A stretch of DNA of 64,000 bases, taken from contig CAJUJY010000004.1 of NCBI GenBank assembly GCA_910586555.1, positions 12,112-76,111 on the forward strand, read 5' to 3'. This DNA is from an uncultured Lachnospiraceae bacterium. GTDB taxonomy: Bacteria; Bacillota; Clostridia; Lachnospirales; Lachnospiraceae. Positions 7,551-17,142 of the stretch are shown here, piece by piece (positions within the stretch are counted from its first letter, which is position 1; each line of letters begins with the position of its first letter). The notes beneath the pieces were generated by a model. That model was not told where the DNA came from and did no database searches. It saw only the letters and a list, made by a program, of their open reading frames with translations. The position numbers were made by a program, and so were the translations under genes.

Positions 7551-8696
7551 TTAATTAATTGTTACAATATTGCCAAGTACTTTAAATTTGCTTGCAAACT
7601 CATTTATGCATGCCAGTGCATTTCCCACTTCTGGCTGGTTTAAGTTACCTTCTATATCCACAAAAAACCTGTATTCCCAATTTCTGTTTTCTATTGGCCT
7701 TGATTCAATTTTAGTCAGGTTTAAACCATTGTAATAAAAATTGGAAAGCATGTTGTAAAGTGAGCCTGCCTGGTGTTTTATTTCAAATGAAAGGCTTATT
7801 TTATTGGCATCTGGCAAAAATATTTTCTGGTTGGAGATTATTATAAAACGTGTATAATTCATGCTTTCATGGTTTATCTGTTCTTTTATTATATCCAGCC
7901 CGAAAATGCCTGCTGCACGTGTGCTTGCTATTGCTGCCTGTGAGGGATCTGCATCTTCGGAAACTTTTTTAGCTGCGGCTGATGTGCTGGTATATGTTTT
8001 TGTTAAAATTCCAGGATAGTTCTCAAAAAACTTTGAACACTGCATAATCCCCTGCTGGTGGGAATATACTGTTTTAATATCTTCAAGTTTTGCACCTTTA
8101 AGTCCCATAAGTGCCTGTTCAACCTTTACAACATGTTCTGCAACTATTGTTATATCATAATTAAGAAGCAGGTCATAAATATCTGTAATTCCCCCTGTTG
8201 ATGTATTTTCAATCGGAAGGACACCAAACTTTGCTTCACCATTAGCAACGGTTTCCATTACTTCTTTAAATGTATTTTTATTTATTGCTGTTATGTTTTT
8301 GCCAAATACTTCTTCCATTGCCTGCTCTGTGTATGCGCCATGTTCCCCAAAACACACAACCCTTGTGTCAGCATCCACATCAAATGATTCTGCCTGTTTA
8401 AAAACCTGCCTGAAACTGTCACTCGTCCCAAGTACCTGGTACTGGTATTTGCGGCTTATTGACATAATCTGCCTGAAAAGGTCTTCTATGCCTGTTTTAT
8501 TAAATTCACTGTCTGCAAGTTCCCTTAGCACTTTTAACTTTTCTTCTTCGCGTACAGGATCAAATACTTTTTTACCTGTGCTTCTTTTATATGCTGCAAC
8601 ATCTGTTGAAACTTTCATCCTCTCCTCAAATAGTTCTGCAATTTTTTTGTCTATTTTATCAATTTTTTCTCTGCTTTCTTTTAAATCAATAACCAT
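7551..8696 (-). CDS. pheA: Bifunctional chorismate mutase / prephenate dehydratase
   Basis: It has a chorismate mutase N-terminus (MVIDLKESREKIDKIDKKIAELFEERM), a prephenate dehydratase core and an ACT domain with TKIESRPI. The start was moved to M36 of the track ORF, which removes the overlap with the upstream gene. Confidence 0.9.
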   Translation of the reverse strand: MVIDLKESREKIDKIDKKIAELFEERMKVSTDVAAYKRSTGKKVFDPVREEEKLKVLRELADSEFNKTGIEDLFRQIMSISRKYQYQVLGTSDSFRQVFKQAESFDVDADTRVVCFGEHGAYTEQAMEEVFGKNITAINKNTFKEVMETVANGEAKFGVLPIENTSTGGITDIYDLLLNYDITIVAEHVVKVEQALMGLKGAKLEDIKTVYSHQQGIMQCSKFFENYPGILTKTYTSTSAAAKKVSEDADPSQAAIASTRAAGIFGLDIIKEQINHESMNYTRFIIISNQKIFLPDANKISLSFEIKHQAGSLYNMLSNFYYNGLNLTKIESRPIENRNWEYRFFVDIEGNLNQPEVGNALACINEFASKFKVLGNIVTIN

Positions 8697-8751
8697 TTTA
8701 CCACCATTTCCTGTTTTTATCTGATTTTTATTTAAACTTATTAGCCAGTTA

Positions 8752-9642
8752 TCACCTGTACAGTTTTCCATAAAAATACTGTTCCTGGAAGGAAATATCA
8801 CCTAATATTTTTTCATCAGGAATATCATTTCCATCAAGTGATACAATCCATTTATCCTCCGTATCATTAAAACGGTGGAATACTGCTATTACTTTACCCT
8901 GGAAACTGTCTAAAGGCTTGTCCTGTCCAAATATATAAGCATCCTGTCCTTCACCATCCGCCCTGGATATACCTTCTATATATCCATAATTTAACCTCTT
9001 GACTGGGTAAATTATATCTTTATGTTTCGGAGGGCCTGAAAAAACGGGCCTGTCAATTTTACCCTGCACCATCTTGCCAATAATACCGCTATAATCTGGT
9101 TTATATGTACTTTCTGCAAATAATTCATTAAATGCATAAAAAAAGTAATCCAATGTGCCTACAAATTTCCCCTTATCATATAACTTTTTAATTTCTTCCT
9201 TAGATGTAAAATGGCAGGTTTCTACTTCGGCAGTAGTTGCATTTTTAAGTGACTGTATTCCATCAAATGATGTGCCATTGTATTCAAACAGCCATACATC
9301 CATTATATCATTATACTTTATGCCATTAATTTCTGTACGTATTTTACTAAAAAGAAGTTTTCCATCTTCTTTGCACAGGTCAAGGCCAACTTCTTCTTTA
9401 ACCTCCCTTATTGCACCTTCAAGGCTGTTTTCACCCTTTATAACAGAACCGCCTGTTGTTTCCCACATTAAAGGGTGTGCCGGGCGGTCTGCTGCCCTTT
9501 TTGATATAAGGTATTCACCTTTATTATTTCTTATCCATACATGGACTACCAGATGGTAAAACCCATCTGGTATTTTTTCACCACGTATATGTTCCCTCCC
9601 TGTTTTTTCCCTGTACTTTGTATACAAATCCCACTTTTCCAT
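8752..9642 (-). CDS. NUDIX hydrolase fused to an inorganic-pyrophosphatase-like C-terminal domain
   Basis: NUDIX box GGSVIKGENSLEGAIREVKEEVGL. The C-terminal NYGYIEG...DGEGQDAYIFG resembles a family I PPase core. ATG at 9642 is preceded by GGAAGGTG. Confidence 0.75.
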   Translation of the reverse strand: MEKWDLYTKYREKTGREHIRGEKIPDGFYHLVVHVWIRNNKGEYLISKRAADRPAHPLMWETTGGSVIKGENSLEGAIREVKEEVGLDLCKEDGKLLFSKIRTEINGIKYNDIMDVWLFEYNGTSFDGIQSLKNATTAEVETCHFTSKEEIKKLYDKGKFVGTLDYFFYAFNELFAESTYKPDYSGIIGKMVQGKIDRPVFSGPPKHKDIIYPVKRLNYGYIEGISRADGEGQDAYIFGQDKPLDSFQGKVIAVFHRFNDTEDKWIVSLDGNDIPDEKILGDISFQEQYFYGKLYR

Positions 9643-9711
9643 CCTGTCACCTTCCTGCAAAAACCAAATGTCATTAAGTAATGTATATTGCCTGGCAGAA
9701 TTTTAATTTTT

Positions 9712-11091
9712 TTATGCATCTTTAAGAAATGCCATATAACATTTTTTTGTTTCATAAATATCTGCTTTGCTTGTAACTTCCCAAGGTGCATGCATATTTA
9801 GCACTGCCACACCACAGTCAATTACTTCCATTCCATAGAGTGAAAGTATATATGCAATAGTACCGCCGCCGCCAATATCTACTTTGCCAAGTTCTGCCAT
9901 CTGGTAATTTACATTATTATTGTCCATAATATTCCTTAAAACAGCAAGGTACTCAGCATTTGCATCGTTAGAACCTGATTTTCCGCGGCTTCCTGTAAAT
10001 TTACTAAATACTACTCCCTTTCCGCAATATGATGAATTTTTCTTTTCAAATGCATCTGCAAAAAGAGGGTCATATGCAGCGTTTACATCAGAAGAAAGCA
10101 TCCTGCTGTTTTTAAGGCAGCGTTTTAATTTTAATTCTGAATAATTCCCTTCAAGGTTTATAAGTTCTGCAACTGTATTTTCAAAGAAATGTGACTGCAT
10201 TCCGGTTGCACCAACACTTCCTATCTCTTCTTTATCTACAAGCAGGCAGCAGGAGGTCTTGTCCACATTTTCCATTTCAAGCATTGCAGCAAGAGAAGTA
10301 TAAGCACATACCCTGTCGTCCTGGCCATAGGAAATTACCATGCTTTTGTCAAACCCAAGTTCACGTGCCTTCCCTGCTGGCACAATCTCAAGTTCAGCAG
10401 ACATAAAATCTTCTTCTTCAATGCCATAGGAGTCCTTAAGGATTTTAATTACATTTTCCTTTACATTTTCTTTTTCCTCACTATCAAGTGGCATGCTTCC
10501 AATAAGCAGGTCAAGTTTTTCACCTTCTATAACCTTTGCTGCTTTCTTCTCCATCTGTTCCCCGGCAAGGTGTATAAGAAGGTCTGTAATACAAAATACC
10601 GGATCTTCTTCATTTTCACCTATGCAGATATTAATTTTACTTCCATCTTTTTTAACTACTACACCATGTATTGCAAGCGGTATAGTTACCCACTGGTATT
10701 TTTTAATCCCGCCATAATAATGTGTGTCAAAATATGCAAGACCGCCATCTTCATATAAAGGATTCTGTTTTATATCTATACGCGGTGAATCAATATGTGC
10801 ACCAAGAATATTTAACCCTTCTTCCAGCGGCTTTTTACCTATATTAAATAAAATTACTGATTTGCACATACATGCAGCATATATTTTATCACCAGGTTTT
10901 AATTCCCTGCCATTTTCCACTGCTTCTTCAATAGAAATATATCCTTTTTCTTTTGCAAGTTCTATAGTCCTTTTAGTGCACTCCCTTTCTGTCTTACAGC
11001 TTGATAAAAAGTCTATATAACCTGTACAAAGCATATCAATTTCTTTTAAATCTGTACTGCTATAATCTTTCCATGCATTTTTTCTTTCCAT
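9712..11091 (-). CDS. M18-family aminopeptidase
   Basis: GAHIDSPRIDIK, DDRVC and EEIGSVGATG are metalloaminopeptidase motifs. The start was placed at MERKNAW; GGAGG lies 12 nt upstream. Confidence 0.8.
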   Translation of the reverse strand: MERKNAWKDYSSTDLKEIDMLCTGYIDFLSSCKTERECTKRTIELAKEKGYISIEEAVENGRELKPGDKIYAACMCKSVILFNIGKKPLEEGLNILGAHIDSPRIDIKQNPLYEDGGLAYFDTHYYGGIKKYQWVTIPLAIHGVVVKKDGSKINICIGENEEDPVFCITDLLIHLAGEQMEKKAAKVIEGEKLDLLIGSMPLDSEEKENVKENVIKILKDSYGIEEEDFMSAELEIVPAGKARELGFDKSMVISYGQDDRVCAYTSLAAMLEMENVDKTSCCLLVDKEEIGSVGATGMQSHFFENTVAELINLEGNYSELKLKRCLKNSRMLSSDVNAAYDPLFADAFEKKNSSYCGKGVVFSKFTGSRGKSGSNDANAEYLAVLRNIMDNNNVNYQMAELGKVDIGGGGTIAYILSLYGMEVIDCGVAVLNMHAPWEVTSKADIYETKKCYMAFLKDA

Positions 11092-11173
11092 AATATACAT
11101 TATCCTCCATTTCATAAAACAATTTATTCCAATTATACACCTGGCAGGGTATAATGTCTAATGTTAAATGAGG

Positions 11174-12100
11174 TTAAATTTTTATAAAATAAAATATAAC
11201 AGCCGCAAGCATAGCAGCTATAACAGCCTGCCTTAGTTTGGCAAATATATATTTCCTGGTCTGGATTCTGGTTCCTATAAGTGCACTTGATGTCTGTGCC
11301 ACACTTGACATGCCACCAAATGCACAAAATGCACTGGCTAGTATGCATTTATAATATAAAGGCATATCTGATTTTGCAAGTATTTCACCACCTGTTGTTA
11401 TTTCAAGTATTCCTGCCCCCAAAACCTTAAAAATCCCACTTGCTGTTACAAGATCCTGTAAAATCCTTGTAAAAATTGAAAATAATATTATATAACCCCC
11501 TACTTTAACAAGCGTAACCGCAGAACTTAATATGCTTTCATCCAATGCTTCCATCATTGAATAATTTTTTTTAATATTAGCGCTTTCTTTAAAACCTGTT
11601 TCCCCTTCTGTATTACAAAATCCTGCTAGTGCATTGATAAATGCAGACAGGTATATTATTAAAAGCATAATTGCAGGCTTTGAAAGCCCAAGGCATTTTA
11701 TGCCTATATATTCAAGCATAAACATAGGGCTTGCATTATTACAAAAACTTATTATATACTGTGCTTCATTAAGTGAAAATGCCCCTGTTTTATACAGGTC
11801 AGCCGTTGTCTTTGCACCAAGGGGATAACCTGAAAGCATGCCTATTACAGCAGGGTAACATCCGTTTTTTGAAAGCCTGAAGATTTTATGGAACACAGGG
11901 TAAAATATATTACTTATAAAACTTGTTACATTTAGTTTTACTAACATCGATGAAATAATCATAAATGGGCACAATGATGGTATTATAACATTAAACCATA
12001 AAAGAAGCCCGTCTTGTGCTCCCCGGCTTGCAATATCAGGAAATATTACAAAAAGCAGCACAAATAAAGCCAGAAATAAAATAAAAAATTTTCTTCTCAT
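11174..12100 (-). CDS. ylbJ: Sporulation integral membrane protein YlbJ-like (nucleoside-recognition-type membrane protein)
   Basis: 308 aa and polytopic. The N-terminus ...ASRGAQDGLLLWFNVIIPSLCPFMI is typical of YlbJ. Confidence 0.65.
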   Translation of the reverse strand: MRRKFFILFLALFVLLFVIFPDIASRGAQDGLLLWFNVIIPSLCPFMIISSMLVKLNVTSFISNIFYPVFHKIFRLSKNGCYPAVIGMLSGYPLGAKTTADLYKTGAFSLNEAQYIISFCNNASPMFMLEYIGIKCLGLSKPAIMLLIIYLSAFINALAGFCNTEGETGFKESANIKKNYSMMEALDESILSSAVTLVKVGGYIILFSIFTRILQDLVTASGIFKVLGAGILEITTGGEILAKSDMPLYYKCILASAFCAFGGMSSVAQTSSALIGTRIQTRKYIFAKLRQAVIAAMLAAVIFYFIKI

Positions 12101-12202
12101 AAAAACCCTTATAACACAGCTTTTATTCTATGCTATGACAGACAATGCCACATTATTCTTAACCAGCCCTGCCTGCCATGGGTTTTAATTTTATTTGTTT
12201 TA

Positions 12203-13147
12203 TTACCAGAATTTTTTCTTTTTAAAATAATAAAGGCTTGCTGCTATTACAAGTATGCTTGCTGTTATTATAACAGGATATGAATATTTATACCCTATTT
12301 CTGGCATATGTTCAAAATTCATGCCATACCAGCCAGCAATTAATGTAAGTGGAAGGAATGTAGCAGTAACAACTGCCAGCACTTTCATAATATCATTCTG
12401 TTTTATTTCAATTTCTGACTGGTATACCTCTTGTACCTGCATTACATATTCCCTTAATAATTGTGTTTCATCTGCAAGCTGTTCTGTTTTGTTTTTATAC
12501 TGGTTAAAGGCATTTGCACCATTACTGCTAAAAAAGCCATTTTCATTGGCAGATAGTTCTCCTGCTACAACTTTAAGCTGTATATAATAATGATAAAAAC
12601 GTGATATAAGTTTCTTTAAATAAAGCATACGGCAGCTAAATTTCTCTATCCTTCCACAAAGCACGTCTTCTTCAATTACTGCAATATCCCTTTCAATTTT
12701 TTGAAGAAATAAAAGATCTTCATTAATAAATAATAATAAAAAATAATACAAAAAACGTCCAGGGCACATATTTTCCTGTAATGAACCTGCTGCCAGCTTT
12801 TTAACAGCTTCCTCTGCTTCACCGTCATCATCAAGTATAATTATTCTGCTGCCAGTTATATACATTGCAAATGTTATGTCCCTGCTGCCTTTTATTTTTG
12901 ATGGTACTTTAAACGTTCCAAATATATAATCCATATGGGATTCAATCTTACATGAGTGTATCTGTTCAGCTTTGTGCCATATACCTGCCTTTTCACGCAT
13001 CAGCGGGCTTTCATTCCATTCTGAAAGTTTTATGGCACATACACCATTATTACAATTCCAGAAATCCTTTTCCTCTACCTTTTTAATCCCGCTGCCAGTA
13101 ATAATATAGTACACAACTGTACTCCTTTCAAAGTAAATCTTATTCAA
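12203..13147 (-). CDS. corA: CorA-family magnesium/cobalt transporter
   Basis: Two C-terminal TM helices carry the WYGMNF (GMN) motif. Confidence 0.85.
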   Translation of the reverse strand: MNKIYFERSTVVYYIITGSGIKKVEEKDFWNCNNGVCAIKLSEWNESPLMREKAGIWHKAEQIHSCKIESHMDYIFGTFKVPSKIKGSRDITFAMYITGSRIIILDDDGEAEEAVKKLAAGSLQENMCPGRFLYYFLLLFINEDLLFLQKIERDIAVIEEDVLCGRIEKFSCRMLYLKKLISRFYHYYIQLKVVAGELSANENGFFSSNGANAFNQYKNKTEQLADETQLLREYVMQVQEVYQSEIEIKQNDIMKVLAVVTATFLPLTLIAGWYGMNFEHMPEIGYKYSYPVIITASILVIAASLYYFKKKKFW

Positions 13148-13162
13148 TTAATACTTATAATT

Positions 13163-14305
13163 TCAGTTTTTTATTATATTAAAACGGCTTTCGAGAAGTA
13201 CCCAGTTTGCAAGGAAAAGCCTCATTATTTGCCAGTAGCCCATTCCACGCAGCCCAAATTCCTCAAGCAGTGAAAATTTTGCATCCATGCTTCTTACATC
13301 CTCAAACCATACTTCATGCCTTATGCCCTCTGATGTATAATTAAAATAAGGTGTCTGTGCAGTTTCATCAAACTGTATTTGTGCCCCGTTAGCAGCAGCA
13401 ATCTGTACTGCCTGGGTATTTCCAATAGTCGTTGCTGCTGTTTCACCCTGTACATATGGCAGTGGCCAGTCATACCCGTAATTTGGTATGCCAAGATCTA
13501 TTTTATTACGTGGTATCTGTGTAACTGCATATTCAACAACCTGCCTTACTTTATTAATTGGAGCAACTGCCATGGGTTCACTGTATTTATATCCCCATTC
13601 ATATGTCATAAGAAGGCAGCTATTAGCAGCAGCCCCAAGTCCTCCATAATCTTTCCCTTCATATAAAAGCCCCTTTTGCCCAGATGATGTTTTTGGTGCA
13701 AGTGCCACTGAAACCGGGTAACCATAAGCGTTAAGTTCCCTTGTAAGCCTTGCCACAAATGAAGTAAATAAATCCCTGTCTTCTGCCTTTATATATTCAA
13801 AATCAACATCTGCCCCCATAAAGTTCTTTGCCTGTAATGTTTCCAGCATTTCATTTATAAGGTTTTCCTGTGCGCTGTCACTGCTTACAAGTGCTGAAAT
13901 AAGGTTATTATTAAACCTTCCCTGGCTGTCCATTGGCGTAAGGGTAAGTACTGGGGACGTGCCAAACTCCAGTGCTGCATTTATCATTCCTGTATCATCT
14001 GTGGAAGGTGGTATTAAATTGCCTTGTTCTGAAAAACCATAAGAGAAAACTGATAAATCTGTAAGATAAGGAAGCGTTGTCTGTAATACTTTTGAATTAA
14101 TATATGGGTAAGCGTACCCGTTTACATTGACTTCCCGTTTATACTGCTGCAAAATATCCTGTACTGGTATAAGCAGTGCCTGCCCTATTACAAGCGGGTA
14201 AGGATATGAAATCTGGTTTATAAATGCTATTTCAGATGCAGGGACATTAAATTTATCTGAAATCCTGTCAATAGTATCACCTTGTTTTACTACATATATT
14301 TCCAA
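13163..14305 (-). CDS. LysM-domain glycoside hydrolase family 18 (YaaH/YdhD-like spore peptidoglycan hydrolase)
   Basis: N-terminal LysM (VKQGDTIDRISDKFNV) and GH18 catalytic block GADVDFEYI. TTG start with GGAGG 6 nt upstream. Confidence 0.8.
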   Translation of the reverse strand: MEIYVVKQGDTIDRISDKFNVPASEIAFINQISYPYPLVIGQALLIPVQDILQQYKREVNVNGYAYPYINSKVLQTTLPYLTDLSVFSYGFSEQGNLIPPSTDDTGMINAALEFGTSPVLTLTPMDSQGRFNNNLISALVSSDSAQENLINEMLETLQAKNFMGADVDFEYIKAEDRDLFTSFVARLTRELNAYGYPVSVALAPKTSSGQKGLLYEGKDYGGLGAAANSCLLMTYEWGYKYSEPMAVAPINKVRQVVEYAVTQIPRNKIDLGIPNYGYDWPLPYVQGETAATTIGNTQAVQIAAANGAQIQFDETAQTPYFNYTSEGIRHEVWFEDVRSMDAKFSLLEEFGLRGMGYWQIMRLFLANWVLLESRFNIIKN

Positions 14306-14309
14306 AATA

Positions 14310-14375
14310 AACCTCCATGTTTAATATATATTTATATTTTTGTATACTTATATATTATGATTAAACATGGAGGTT
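14310..14375 (-). terminator. 16-bp perfect hairpin: a likely terminator of the yyaL-like gene whose 3' arm contains the SD of the GH18 gene
   Basis: AACCTCCATGTTTAAT (14310-14325) is the exact reverse complement of 14360-14375. On the minus strand the stem is followed by TTTATTTT, and the 3' arm carries the GGAGG used by the TTG start at 14305. Confidence 0.7.
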
Positions 14376-14380
14376 GTTCC

Positions 14381-16384
14381 TTAAAAGGCCATTTCATTTG
14401 AAGGTGGCAGGCAGGAATGGTTTTTGCATACATAATAAGTCGTCCTGCCGTTTAAAAGAAGATGCTCTTTATCTTCCTGTACAAACTGCACATTTGCAAG
14501 AAAAGGCAGCTTTTTTATAACATTAAACTCTGCATTATCCTTTACAACAACTGTAATATGTGCTGGAGGGTTTTCATAAATCAGGCATGCTGTTAAAAAC
14601 ATGCTATGGCCTGCCGGGTTTTTAGAGGCTTCTGGTGCCATAAAACTAAGCTGTTTGTCTGTAAGGCTTTTATAAGTTTCATTTTGTGTAATCTGGAATA
14701 ACCTTACAAGATTATATGCCATAACAGAGTTTGCGCATGGCATTGCCCCGTCATATATTTCCTTAGGGTTTATAAATAATTCATTATTGCCAGGTTCATT
14801 AAGGAAATAGCCATCTTTCCCGCCAGAGGAAAATCTTTTTACGGCCTCATTACAGAAATGTTCTGCTTTGCTAAGATATTTTTTATCAAGCGTGGAATTA
14901 TAAATTTCAATTAAAGCCGTGGTATAAAAAGCATAATCATTTAAAAACCCGCTGCCAGAACACCGCCCATTACGGCAGCTTGTATAAAGCCCTGTGCCAT
15001 TATACAGGTTTTTTTCAATAAATAAATCTGCTTTTAGTGCTGCATCTAAATATTTCTGGTTTTTAGAAACCCTGTAGAGCATTGCTAGTGCTGTTATCAT
15101 CATGGCATTCCATGAAACCAGGTGCTTGTCATCAAGATGCAGGCTTGTACGTTTTTTCCTGTAATTATACAGCTTTTTAATTTCTTCACTAAAGTTATTA
15201 TTTATATTATTTTTTAAAAGGTTTGGTATATTTTCTCCTTCAAAGTTTCCATCGGCAGTAATGTCAAAAGCCTTTGCAAATTCCTCTCCCTTTTTCCCGC
15301 CAAGGATTTCTTTAATTTCATCTAAAGACCATGTATAAAACTTCCCCTCCGTCCCTTTGCTGTCTGCATCTTGTGCGCTATAAAAGCCGCCATCAGAAGA
15401 AACCATTTCCCTTAAGACATAATCTGCTGTTTTAATTGCAGTATCAAGAAATATTTCCTTATCCCTGGCTTCTTTTGTAATATTTTCTTTAATGCTTCCA
15501 TTAATACAGGCACTGCCATTTTCCAGAAAACTATATGCTGCAAGATATGCCATAATTAGCATTGCATTGTCATAAAGCATTTTTTCAAAGTGTGGTACAA
15601 GAAAATATTTATCTGTTGAATATCTTGAAAATCCATAGCCTATATGGTCAAATATACCACCTTTCCTCATCTGGATAAGGGTTTTTGCAGCCATTTCAAA
15701 TGCCAGGCTGTTTTTATTCTGCGCTGCATAAAGAATAAGGAATAAAATATTGTGTGCAGACGGGAATTTTGGTGCAATGCCAAATCCTCCGTTTTTCTGG
15801 TCAAATGTTTCTTTAAATATGCTAAAAGCACTGTTAGAAATACTTTGCAGCCCGGATTTTACATTTACAGTTTCCTGGCCTGTTTGCTGGTTTTTAATAT
15901 GCATAATTACCTGGCCTGCAGATTTAAGAAGGGCATCTTTGTTACTTTCCCACTGTTCTTTTATTTTATATAACAGGCTGTTAAAACCTAAAATGCCATA
16001 ACGTGTATCAGACGGAAAATATGTGCCTGCAAAAAATGGCTTTTTATCCCATGACATAAATATACTTAAAGGCCAGCCCCCGCTTCCTGTAAATGCCTGG
16101 CATACTGACATATACACACTGTCAATATCAGGGCGTTCCTCCCTGTCAACCTTTATTGCAATAAAATTGTTGTTTAAAAGCTTTGCCGTTATATTATTTT
16201 CAAAGCTTTCATGTGCCATAACATGGCACCAGTGGCATGTACTGTACCCTATGCTTAGAAAAACTGGCTTATCCTCTTTCTTTGCCCTGTTAAAAGCTTC
16301 ATCACACCATGGGTACCAGTCCACAGGATTGCCTGCATGCTGCAAAAGATAAGGGCTTGTTTCATTTATAAGATGGTTACCCAT
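14381..16384 (-). CDS. Thioredoxin-domain protein, DUF255/YyaL (SSP411-like)
   Basis: N-terminus [13 protein letters not shown]...[13 protein letters not shown] followed by a long alpha/alpha-barrel-like region; 667 aa. Confidence 0.85.
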   Translation of the reverse strand: MGNHLINETSPYLLQHAGNPVDWYPWCDEAFNRAKKEDKPVFLSIGYSTCHWCHVMAHESFENNITAKLLNNNFIAIKVDREERPDIDSVYMSVCQAFTGSGGWPLSIFMSWDKKPFFAGTYFPSDTRYGILGFNSLLYKIKEQWESNKDALLKSAGQVIMHIKNQQTGQETVNVKSGLQSISNSAFSIFKETFDQKNGGFGIAPKFPSAHNILFLILYAAQNKNSLAFEMAAKTLIQMRKGGIFDHIGYGFSRYSTDKYFLVPHFEKMLYDNAMLIMAYLAAYSFLENGSACINGSIKENITKEARDKEIFLDTAIKTADYVLREMVSSDGGFYSAQDADSKGTEGKFYTWSLDEIKEILGGKKGEEFAKAFDITADGNFEGENIPNLLKNNINNNFSEEIKKLYNYRKKRTSLHLDDKHLVSWNAMMITALAMLYRVSKNQKYLDAALKADLFIEKNLYNGTGLYTSCRNGRCSGSGFLNDYAFYTTALIEIYNSTLDKKYLSKAEHFCNEAVKRFSSGGKDGYFLNEPGNNELFINPKEIYDGAMPCANSVMAYNLVRLFQITQNETYKSLTDKQLSFMAPEASKNPAGHSMFLTACLIYENPPAHITVVVKDNAEFNVIKKLPFLANVQFVQEDKEHLLLNGRTTYYVCKNHSCLPPSNEMAF

Positions 16385-16618
16385 TATTTATGGTATCCTC
16401 CATTTCTATTGTCTTTTATGTTTACAGCCTTTAGTATGCCCATAAAAATTATATATATCCAGGTAATTACAATACATGAATTATTATATTACTTACGTTT
16501 TCTATTTATTTTTTTGTTGTATATTCTTTCCTTTAAAATGCATATAAAAAACCTTACTAGTTTTCCTGCTGGAACCTGTAAGGCCTTTATATAACCAACT
16601 TATAAATATGCTTTAATA

Positions 16619-17044
16619 TTACCAGTCTTCAACCCCTTCAAATGCATTTACTGCATTTGCTGGTGCCAGGTTATCATCACTGGCAGGAGGTGCGGCATTA
16701 TCTTTTAAAAGTGTTTTTATCTGCTCCTGTGTAATGCCCTGTTCCTCCCTTTTGCTTTTGCCCGTTTGCTTCTTTTCAGGCATTGCCATCCTTTTTGCTT
16801 CATTTTTTTGTGCAACTGCAAGTATCTCTTCTATCTCATCATCATGGTTGCCTACTTCATAAGCATCTTCATGGTTAAGGCAAAGATAATACTTAATAAT
16901 ATGCCCGCTGTATAAAGAAACCTGCTGTATGCCACAGAAATCAGAATCCCTTCTGTATGGCAGGTTATCATACATTGTAATATGGTAATCCATTGCTTCA
17001 TCATACTTCTGGCTTACCAGCTTTGGCAGATATATATTACCCAT
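16619..17044 (-). CDS. Hypothetical protein with an acidic C-terminus
   Basis: An ORF of ~141 aa with no motif I recognise. The start was placed at the second ATG, 7 nt after GGGGG. Confidence 0.5.
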   Translation of the reverse strand: MGNIYLPKLVSQKYDEAMDYHITMYDNLPYRRDSDFCGIQQVSLYSGHIIKYYLCLNHEDAYEVGNHDDEIEEILAVAQKNEAKRMAMPEKKQTGKSKREEQGITQEQIKTLLKDNAAPPASDDNLAPANAVNAFEGVEDW

Positions 17045-17142
17045 TTGCATACCCCCTTTTTCTTGTTGCTTTATATTTACATTATTATTATAAGTATACT
17101 CTTTTTCTTCATATTGTTCAAGGAAAAATATTTCTAATAATA

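Noticed and set aside
11133-11348. 71-aa minus-strand ORF overlapping the ylbJ 3' end, and other 60-130-aa ORFs nested in or antisense to annotated genes
   Set aside because: They show no RBS, no motifs, and full overlap with better-supported genes. They were treated as noise from the six-frame track.
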